This document shows positions 54,601 to 64,000 of a stretch of DNA of 64,000 nucleotides, one piece after another. Below the pieces are notes generated by a model that searched no databases, was not told where the DNA came from, and worked only from the letters and a program-made list of their open reading frames with translations. Each line of letters opens with the position of its first letter. The first letter of the stretch is position 1. Position numbers and translations under genes: made by a program. The stretch comes from Chrysomallon squamiferum (taxonomy: Eukaryota; Animalia; Mollusca): the NCBI GenBank assembly GCA_012295275.1, contig CM022665.1, positions 29,946,001 to 30,010,000 of the forward strand. The letters are read 5' to 3'.

Positions 54601-56165
54601 TTAAAGATCCTATAAATACCTGCAGAATAGATTTACAAAATTGTTCCTATCCATTCTCCCCCAAGAAAAACCCCCTAAAACATCAACATAAATTTTCACA
54701 ACTAAATCTATAAATAATAAAAATTAAATAATTATATAATATTGTGTTTATGTACTGATTTTATAAGTAATTTCAGGTACTAACAATGGAATTAATTGTT
54801 TTTGTTTTTTTCACAAAATATAACTAGATCAATGTGCAGATGTTAATTCTGTTATTATTAATATTTAAATACAGTTTTTATACAGTTAACTTGCATATTA
54901 TTTTAATATTATCGTAATCAGATATAATGTCTTCATTTTATTGTGCAAACTGATACATATATTACTTGTTGAGCTATGAATGAGTTGCTTATATTCTTCT
55001 TTAAAAAAAAGCATGGTCATACATGCATTGAAAAGAAATGCAGTGTAAGTTAGGAGATTAAGCTAACAAAAATGATAAAGTAAAATTTACCTGTATTGTG
55101 GAAGAGAATATCAACTGCAAAGGCTTCATTCAGTAAGTTAAAGAAATAGAAAAAATAATTTTAAAATGTTGTCACACTGTATCCATATCCCTTCAGTTTT
55201 AAGTAAGTATTACTAAAGTTTTGAAATAATTTGATGATAAAATATTTGCTGTAGGATATTTCCCATCATACTTGTTCTATCAATCTCTTTAAAAAATATG
55301 AGTTCTCATTTTTATATTTTTGTTAGGCAGGTGTTTGTGGATATACAGTTGAAATTTGCATTTCTTTTTATTCTTTTCTTCTTCTTCTTTCTTTTTTAAA
55401 ATTTTTTTTTTATTATTAAAATGTGTGTGTGTGTGTATTTATGTCAGAATAGTTCAGATTTAATGATCATCTCTGCATAAATAGCTTGCAGAGAAAATAA
55501 AATGTTTTATTGGTTTATTTATTTATTTAATTTTTTTTTTTTTTTTTTTAAATTAAATAATTTAGCTTGGCTAGATTGCACATTCTCAGTAACTTTTTCT
55601 GCAAGTAATATCTTGTTGATTTTGTAGAGGAGGTGAAGAGAAAAAGTCATCCTCTCCAAGAAGCATTCAGCCAAACAGTGACCACAACTATGAGAGTGCC
55701 CAGAGATTCACATCACACATGTACAATGATTCCACGCTGTCTTCTGGACGTAGTTCTGATGATGGTCGAGCTTCCTATCAGAACCATCCAAACTCAAATG
55801 ATAACTACATATCACGTGCTGATGGTCATCAAAGCTCAGGAGATGAGTTACATTCAAGAAACAGTTCACACGACAGTTCTGATTATTCTGCATCAGGTAA
55901 GTCATATATTAGTTCATAAAATGTAATTAAATGTAAATATAATTGTTGTTATAACTGGCCAACATTATATAGACCCAAGCTACTGTTATATCTGAATTTT
56001 GGTTACATTACTATGATAGGACCACTTCCTCAGTTAGCGTGTTTGATTTAGTAAGTATTCTCAATGTCATGAACTTGTAAAATCTGTAATATAAATATCA
56101 TGCTATGTACATGTACTGGACTATACAGTTAGTATTGTTATTAGTATTATTATTATTATTATTAC

Positions 56166-56225
<60 letters not shown>

Positions 56226-56560
56226 TGCTATTACTACTACTACTACTATTATTATTATTAATATTATAGTTTTAATTTAGATTAATATTCATTAGCGCAC
56301 ACTTTGGGTCACACAGACAATGGTTTTTGACTAATATATCTATACATATGGTGTCATGTCTTTAGAAAGATACCTATAAACAGTTACTTGATGTTGGAGT
56401 ACCTCATTGCAGGAGATTTCAAATTACGTTTGACACTCAGTAACCTGTATTATACCTGGTAATCCTGTTTTGAAATATTGTTAACAAAAGTTTATCTAGA
56501 TATATGTATATCTCACTTATTATCTCTGTTTATATATTATGTATGCATGTATGTGCATTG

Positions 56561-56598
<38 letters not shown>

Positions 56599-56831
56599 GT
56601 ATATATGTGTATATATGTTGTATATATGTTGTATATATGTTGTATATATGTTTGTGTGTGTGTTTGTTGTGTGTATTATGTGTGTCTGTATTTATGTGTG
56701 TATGTATGTATGTTTATAAATACATACACATACATGTAAATTATTTTCTATGATGCGTATTTAGTGAAAGATAAAAAAAGCAGAAACAAAACAATTTTTT
56801 TTTTTTTTAAGTTTTTTTTCTTTTTTTTTTT

Positions 56832-56879
<48 letters not shown>

Positions 56880-58638
56880 GAGTAAACAGTAAAAATGAAC
56901 TGTTTGAACAGGATCAACCATAATCAAGTGACAGGTTGAGTGCTAGCACACTGAATTTCTGTGTAAACTCCAGTTTCCAGAACTCAGATTCTTCACATTC
57001 TAATAATATTATCAGATGTGTGTTTAGTTTAAAAAAATAATAATAATAATTAAAAATATTTTAACCTACAAACTGATGTTGTAGAGAATCACTAATTTTG
57101 CACGATAATTTCTATTGATACAACTTTCATTTATGTAAATGATTGACTGAATCATTTATCAAACCATTTTTTCCATCTGTTTTATTTAAATGAGTGAATT
57201 TAGTGAATTACCAGAATCATTTGTTTGATAAAAGCAGTTCAGTAAATGATTCAGTCAGTGACTTACATAAATGAAAGTTGTTTAATGTGTAACTCATTTA
57301 ACTGAAATAAATGGACAATTGTCAATAAATTAATGATTTAACTGAAATAATGGAAAAGAGCCTAGTTAAGCACTTACTTTGCTGAAATAAATGAAAGTGT
57401 TTTACTAAATTTTCCTTTATCTGAAACAGATGGAGCTAGCTAGTTGAATAAAAATAAATAGATAAAATCAGTAAATCAAAATTTAAATGGAAGTAGTTTA
57501 TCACAACTTTTTATCAAATATATAAACCACAACTAATCCTTTCATTCAAAATAAACCATTTTTAATTTTAAACAAAATAGAAGTAGCTCAGTAAAGTACT
57601 CATGGTGATTAAGTAGTTTGATAAATCATTTAGTGTAGTCAAAAATGAATGGAAATAGTTGAGTAAATCACTTCTGTTTTTCTTGAGCCAAAGTAAGAAT
57701 AATAGAGTAAACTTGGCTTAACAAACTGTGAAAATAAACAGATACAGCTGTCACATACAGTCAGGTATGACTTGGTTACGCTTTAATGAAGTAAGAGACC
57801 ATAGTTTATTGATCACACATGGCTTTTGTTATTTAATAGAACCATAATGTTTTATTTTGTGTGTCTGTATGTGAAATCTGAATTTTTTTTATTATTATTT
57901 TTTTACTGACATTTATGGTTGATGATACTTAGACTTGTTGAAAATTATAATCTACAAATTGTATGATACTTAATGGTGTTTATTAATATGATTTACATTG
58001 ACTTTATAAATTTAGTTATAGAAATTAATAGCTAAAAATAGCATGTGAGTTTATGTATATCAGTCTTTCTGTTTATGGTTTGTCTTGTTAGTATTAACAG
58101 TGAAACTGTTGTAGATAACAGGAAGATGTGTCATTATTTGGTATTTTGGAGTTTTCAAAAATAAATTTAGTTTTTATCCAATATAAACCTAATTGTAGGC
58201 ACAGGAATTATGACTTTGTAAATTTAATTATAGAAATTTCTATCTAAACATAGCATGTGAGTTTATGAATTTCAGTCTTTCTGTGTATGGTTTGTGTTGT
58301 TACCTTTAACAGTGAAACTTTTGCAGATGACAGGAAGATGTATCATTATTTGGTAACCGTCAACAACAAAAAAAATTGAAAAAAAGAAGAAAATTGAAGT
58401 CTTTAGGGAATAATTTGTATTTGAAACTGAGCAGTTCATTAGGTTCACTTTGTTGGCATGTTGGGTTTTTTTTGTTTGTTTTTTTCACAAATTGATTTAC
58501 ATTTGGACAAGCAAATAAAGTGACAGATTTTAAAAACAATGAAGTATTTCTTCATCTGTCTTACATAATTGGTTTGTTTAATATGAAAACTCATTTTATA
58601 CTGAATACTCGATTTAACAACTAATTAATATTTGATTG

Positions 58639-58677
<39 letters not shown>

Positions 58678-61600
58678 ATGTATGTATGTATGTATGTATG
58701 TATGTATGTATGTATGTATGAATGAATGAATGAATGAATGAGCATATACTATTTATATACTTCAATGCACAAGTATTCACATGGTAAACCAAAATGTGTT
58801 TGATAGCTTATTGATGTTCAATAAAATAGCCATAATAAGCTTATGTCATTACTAGCAGATAATTAAAATTTAACTGTATGTTCACTTGTTTAATTAAATG
58901 GTTTGAAGTGAAATAAAATAGATATTTCCATTTTTCAAAATCCAGTATTTATATGGTCTCTGCAGTTCTGGTTTTTTGTTTTGTTTGTTTTTTTTTGGTT
59001 TGTTTGAGATTTTTTTCATTTGTCTGATAAATAATAAGAAGAGTAATTTGTGGGTAGTTCTCAAATTACATTAAACATTACATATATATATATATATATA
59101 TATATAGCTAACAGATGTCTTTTTAAAAAGAAAAAAAAAAGAAATCAATGTCACTTACATTTGACCTTTATTCTACATGAATTGTAAATAAGTACCAGAG
59201 AAGAAATGTGTGCTTTGGGTTGTCCCATAAATTGTGGAAATATCTGTTACGAATGAGGAAATAATTCTAGGTCACTACACAGTATTGTACATTTTTATGT
59301 GGTTTTTCTTTGAGACAAGTTATTTGAATATTATATAACTGCTAATTTATTAATTTCTGCTACTTTATGGCCTAAATATACATGCACAGCTGCAGTGTTG
59401 TGCATGTCAGTGCAGAGTTTTTGACAGGTATTTGTGTTTGTCGATGGATGTGTCTGCTGACAGGTTGTTGAAAGATACTTTTAAACTTTTGTAGCTCTGC
59501 TATGTTGTTTTCTGTTAGACCCAGTTGGTCAGTGCTTGTGGGCAGTTTGGTATTATATTGTTGCTTATCATTATTATTATTTTAATTTTCGTGGTTGTGT
59601 TTTGAGGTAGAGTTTATGAGACACATTTTCAAAACTCAGCTTGGTGAATGTGCATAATAGTTTCCTGATCAAAAGATTGTTAAAATATTTTCTGATAAGA
59701 TAGTTTTCTTGGCAGGAGGATTCAACATGTATCACGGTTTGTGTAGTGGTTGTATTTTTGTATGGAATTTTTTTGCATTAAAAATACTCTTATAGTGAAT
59801 TAGCTTTTATAATATGATGGTACAAATTAATTTGTTCTAGTTTTTGTAAGCAGAGAAGCTAGAAACAAAATACACTGATAGTTATCCAAAATATCAGTAC
59901 ATTTTTTTGTCTTTACTTTTTTTATATATATTAGAGGTGTTTTTTTTTTTTTCATTTCTTTTTTTTTTTTTTTTTTTTTGTTCATTACTTTTTTGAGTAG
60001 CAGTTACAGATGTTAATTTCAGGAAATGTTTGATTTACTGTACTTCAGAAAAAAAGAAAAGATGATTAACTTTTTGACATAAAAAGAAGATCGCTGATAA
60101 TTAGTGTTTTATTTTAATTTAAATCAGGAAATAAACCTAACCATACTTTAATGCTAATGTATTTAAATATGTATTAAATGTCAATTTATTTCATTTAGCA
60201 GACTATTAAAGAAAGTGCTTGTCAATTAATTTCATAAATGAAGTATTGCCTCAGTTTTACACCTTATTAAAACATAGATTTAAATTATATTTTATTCATA
60301 TTTTAAAGAACTTGTAATTCCTAAAAGAAAAGTTAATAAATTTTTTCATAAATCTGTTATTTTCATTCAAATATTTACCTTTTCTTTGATGGGTTCTTAT
60401 AAATTATTTTATGTTTGTTCTACTTTGCTGCAACTTTATTGCAGATGTATATTGCACAGAAATCTTTTGTTTTATTGTTTTAACAATGAAAAAAAAAAAA
60501 AAAGCAAACAAAATCCAATGCAATTTTCCACATTTTCAACATGAATTGTAAAAGATAAAACAAGAAAGAGGATAAATCTTACAATTTTTTTTTACTTGTA
60601 AATAATGTATTTGTTTTTTGTTTTAGGTGGTAGCAACAGACACTGGAATCAAAGATCAATGATTCAGAATCCAAATCAGGTTTGATATTTATTTTTTTAT
60701 AACAGTTTATACATGTATATACTATAACACTGTTATAGCTAACTCTTGTTTTCTCTTTGACAAAAGACAGAATTAAAATTTATATCTAGTCGCTGTACAG
60801 TTTTTGGTTGATTAAACAGACTGAAATGTTCCGTTAACTGTCATATGCCATTCCACAATTGTTTCCATTCTAGTTCACAAATATTTTTAAGTTGTATAAT
60901 AAGTGACACTACTGCTGCTTTTTACTGTAATCAAAACTATTTAGATATTTATATTCAGAAATGAATAATTAATATCAGAAGTATATACATTTTAAATTAA
61001 ATATTAATGTCGGTTCTCTTCAAAAAAGAAAATGAATGGTTTCTAAAATACTAAATATTTTGTTGTTTATCATACATATTAATTTATTAATTATTTTATT
61101 TTCATTTTCACTTTAAATTAATTTAAGAATTAAATAACATTTCCATTCTACCTTCTGAAATAACTTGTTGTTTATTTGGTGAGTTTTTATATATTTTTTT
61201 TTTTTTTTTTTTTTTTTTTCAAGGCTAAGCGAAGTGATTTGAGCAGTGGCATGGATTCCAGTCAGAATACATATGTCAGTTCTTCAGAAAGTGTATACAC
61301 GACATCATCTCAATCGACAAGCTATGTGTCACCGCAAAGACGACACTACCTCGGCTCACAGCAGCCAGATTTCTCATACACTGGCACCCCACTCACTGGA
61401 AACATAGCTCTCGAACTACTCAAACAGACACAGAACACAAAATACCTGCTTCGTCAGGGCAGTGATAATCCATCTCATGGCTTCACACCAGATCAGCCAG
61501 CAAACTCCAACACGAATCTCAGTCAAATTAGTGAGGGTTCAACATACTCCAGTGGGTCATCACATGCCCATCATATGGTCAAGGAATCTAGTGACAGAGG

Positions 61601-63620
61601 AATGGCTGCAAGCAGAAGTAAATTTTATGTTTTTGTCTTCTTCAGTTTAATAACTTCGTGTCACAGAATGCAGTCAATTCCTACAAACGGTTGAAGATAA
61701 ATAAGCTTTGTTTGTTTTCCTAATTACGTTTGTATATCTTTTGTTCTGTCATAGTTGTTTTTTCTATGTTTATTTCTATAATTTAATGCTAGTTCTAACT
61801 TTATAAATGAAGTGAATAGTATTTGTATATATATATATTTCAGATATTTATTTCATGTGTGTGTGTGTATGTTTGTGAGACTGTTATATATTTTTATTTT
61901 GTATTTCCTATTTTCTGCTTAGTCTAATTTTTTATTTTTCCTTGTTATTTTAAGATGACCCTTTAGTTCCTCAGAGGAAGGAATCACTGCAGCATGTAAA
62001 CAAACCCATAAAAGCTCTCCAGCAAAAACACAACCAGTTAGATGCATCACCTCACAGTAGTACAAACAGCAGTCCTCAGTCATCTTACAGGTAAATAGTA
62101 GAAAAGTGTTAGGAGATATCAGATGTATACATTTAGTTATTTAGCTGCATATCTTTTTTTACTGGTTTTAAAGTATTTTGAAACTATATTTATTACAATT
62201 TAGCCAATAGTTTTGGGTATAATGTTCTGACTTGTGTCTTACACATAACTGTTTTTTCCTTTTACCTGTATAAAGAAACCTGTCCGGGATGTCTTCAGAA
62301 GAATCTCTTGCCACTCGACTCAGGCCTGGTGCTACCAGCCACTCTCGAACCATTAAACCTCTATCGAACAACTTCCAGGAAGAACTGATGAGACTCATAG
62401 ATCCAGATGTGTCTGAACGAGACCTTGCTAACTTTGTTGTGAGCAAAGTTTGTCAACTTTATATCTGTTTTTCTGTGTATATATAAATTAATAGTAGTAT
62501 TTCTTTCCTTTATATACATACATATTATTTAATTTATCAGATTTCAGGAAATTGTGAATGCCAGTGCTGTACAAATGTTCATGTTTTTTTGTTTTTATTG
62601 GGATAATATTTTAGATTATTTATTCTTATTATCTCTTATAGCTCTCTCTCTTCCAGACTTTATTCAGTTTTCCTATTATCATATTACATAATAAAAAAGT
62701 TAATTATTTTAACCTTCTTAATAATTACACTGGAGTATGTAACTTGTACTCATCACACTTAGCCTACCAGTCATTATTTAGTTTTGTTAATGTTAATTCT
62801 GTTTTTTGCTGTATAAATTCTATTTCATTCTGAGAGAATTGTTTTAAATATAATTTCAGTCAAGGAAATCTAGTCATCCTCGCAGGACTCGTCGACTGCA
62901 GAGAACCATGTCTGACGAGAGTCTGCACAGTACAAAGGGCACAATCTCTGCTGCTGACATCAGTCACATTGGCAGCAGTGATGCCCTCTTTTCATCAGCA
63001 ATTCCTGTTCATATTACTCGCATGGATGACAGTGACAGGAATCAGAGGTTGGTTAATGTCATGAACATCCCACTTTCATGAAACCATAGGTTCATAACAT
63101 TTCTGAAAACCTTTGAAACATTTAAGGAGATACCAGATTATGAATTTTTTTACTATAAACGTCACTATCTCTCACACTGCATCTAATGTAAAAACATCAG
63201 AAAATATTTGCTGTGTTGAGCTCTTTATATATAGAGGGTTAAAAAAAAAAAAGAAGAATAGTACATTAGTTTAACTGTATCAGTGGTTCTGTCATTTACA
63301 AAGTACTATAATTTGTTTTTCTAGGTTAAAAACATCAGAAAATATTTGCTGTGTTGAGTCTTTATATATAGAGGGTTAAAAAAAAAGAAAAAAGAAGAAT
63401 AATGCATTAGATTAACTGTATCAGTGGTTCTGTCATTTACAAAGTACTATAATTTGTTTTTCTAGGTTGTCTCCTAGAGCTGTAATGGACTCTAAACTGA
63501 GTGTGCGCCCTCGAAGTCGCACCGTAATGGATTCACGTGGTCACGCTGTGCCCCTCCCAGAGAGTACTGCTGGTCTTAACTGGTCAAATCTGGTGGATGT
63601 GGCAACCAAAGCCATTGAAA
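36326..63620 (+). CDS. SIPA1L1: Signal-induced proliferation-associated 1-like protein (SPAR-type RapGAP + PDZ + SPAR_C), 3'-partial
   Basis: In-frame exons: 36326-37781, 42439-42590, 43478-43666, 45693-45768, 45969-46067, 46461-46564, 46784-46941, 47300-47406, 47773-47907, 48219-48316, 48891-49036, 49240-49354, 49915-50165, 51833-51982, 55628-55896, 60627-60679, 61224-61617, 61955-62090, 62276-62438(or 62447), 62860-63047, 63466-63620. Motifs: [62 protein letters not shown], Rap[53 protein letters not shown]. Probably the single invertebrate co-ortholog of SIPA1L1/2/3. Confidence 0.95.
38388..39236. mobile_element. Foldback/MULE-like non-autonomous DNA transposon, palindromic over its whole length
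   Basis: The left half (38388-38792) is the reverse complement of the right half (38793-39236). Termini carry GGAAAAAATGGCAC. Flanking 9-bp direct repeat gtttttaag (38379-38387) / atttttaag (39237-39245). Confidence 0.85.
40252..40316. repeat. Compound (TA)n(GA)n microsatellite
   Basis: Direct reading. Confidence 0.95.
44340..44525 (+). mobile_element. Highly decayed SINE-like relic
   Basis: gttccaatcattgtcccaaaactggttt...tggtatgtg...gggcatataaaacatc resembles the recalled core of the same molluscan SINE family. Not verified. Confidence 0.35.
45693..47907 (+). CDS. SIPA1L1: RapGAP domain exons of the SIPA1L-like gene
   Basis: [21 protein letters not shown] / [25 protein letters not shown] / [12 protein letters not shown] / [12 protein letters not shown] (catalytic Asn) / [10 protein letters not shown] / [13 protein letters not shown]. 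Confidence 0.95.
48317..48625 (+). repeat. Degenerate minisatellite (about 4 units of 65-80 bp) starting at a splice donor
   Basis: Repeated gtatattataacattaattcattataatacttatttcaaattattaaa...caggtact. Confidence 0.85.
49399..49700. mobile_element. Tc1/mariner-pogo (Tigger-like) MITE, about 300 bp
   Basis: TA at both flanks (49397-98, 49701-02). Imperfect ~25-bp TIRs: CTGGTCAAGTATCCTTTATCTGAAA versus reverse complement CAGGCTGAGGATCCTTCATCTGAAA. Confidence 0.8.
49915..50165 (+). CDS. SIPA1L1: PDZ domain exon of the SIPA1L-like gene
   Basis: [50 protein letters not shown]...[18 protein letters not shown], flanked by ctag| and AG|gtagat. Confidence 0.95.
51563..51640. repeat. Compound (AAT)n/(GATAAT)n microsatellite
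   Basis: Direct reading. Confidence 0.9.
56133..56262. repeat. Compound (ATT)n/(ACT)n microsatellite
   Basis: Direct reading. Confidence 0.9.
57121..57700. repeat. Inverted repeat plus degenerate ~40-bp tandem array
   Basis: 57121-57157 is the reverse complement of 57244-57280. TTTA(A/T)CTGAAATAAATGGA-like cores recur at about 57297, 57337, 57378 and 57416. Confidence 0.7.
57999..58355 (+). repeat. Direct duplication, ~145-bp units with 212-bp period
   Basis: tgacttt(a/g)taaattt...tagcatgtgagtttatg...cagtctttctg...acagtgaaact...acaggaagatgt(g/a)tcattatttggta at 57999-58143 and 58211-58355. Confidence 0.9.
58638..58740. repeat. Compound (TG)n(TATG)n(AATG)n microsatellite
   Basis: Direct reading. 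Confidence 0.95.
63189..63468 (+). repeat. Near-perfect ~140-bp tandem duplication ending at a splice acceptor
   Basis: taaaaacatcagaaaatatttgctgtgttgag...gtactataatttgtttttctaggtt occurs twice (63189-63327, 63327-63468). Confidence 0.95.
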
Positions 63621-64000
63621 GTATGCTGATAATGTATTTCACAAGAAAACTATTACAAATAATAATATAAAAAAGAGAAATAATATTTTTGTAAAAACAG
63701 AATAATATTGGAACAGTATATAAATAGTTCAGTTATCTTTATCTATTTGATGTTGTTTTTCAAACAGTACAAAGACATCCTCTGAGATGTTGCCAAATTT
63801 ATAAATATCTTAGCTATTTGATGCTATTTTTCTTCTTTTTTCTGTTTCCATTGATTTACTCAAAGGTTTATCAAATTTAGGGTTTAAATTTGTCTTTGGA
63901 TGTGTTTTCCAATTGGAATCAAAACTTATAATTTTTATATTTTCCTTCTAAAAGCAGTAGTTATAAGGGATATTTTCTGCTAATGACTGTACAAATACTT

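Noticed and set aside
56390-56460. LIAGDFKL, similar to the GDFN motif of LINE endonucleases
   Set aside because: Too short, with no flanking homology visible; could be chance.
57999-58355. Duplicated AG...GT segments as mutually exclusive microexons
   Set aside because: Possible lengths (19, 26, 40 nt) do not preserve frame and the donors are weak; treated as a plain duplication.
62250-62275. TTCCTTTTAC resembling a U12 branch point
   Set aside because: The intron's donor is GTAAAT, not GTATCCTT. The RTATCCTT matches elsewhere are not at exon boundaries.

Overview
AT-rich, microsatellite-rich animal genomic DNA; an invertebrate, probably a mollusc, though that is inferred from composition, intron style and repeat types. 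Four intron-containing protein genes can be rebuilt exon by exon: the 3' end of SRBD1 (+), a complete COA8/APOPT1 (-), a complete KLHDC2/KLHDC1-like kelch gene (+, head-to-head with COA8), and a large SIPA1L/SPAR-type RapGAP-PDZ gene (+) running off the right edge. A tRNA-Asp(GTC) gene lies head-to-head with the putative SIPA1L promoter. Non-coding DNA holds an ~850-bp fully palindromic foldback element with a 9-bp target-site duplication, a TA-flanked MITE resembling mammalian Tigger4/MER46, an L2-like LINE 3' end, decayed SINE-like relics and tandem duplications at splice sites. Splicing oddities include a GC-AG intron, a run of AAG acceptors, a cassette-like exon and candidate microexons or a recursive splice site. 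Most short ORFs in the supplied track are low-complexity artefacts. I cannot demonstrate a wholly new biological system; the best leads are ranked as findings.
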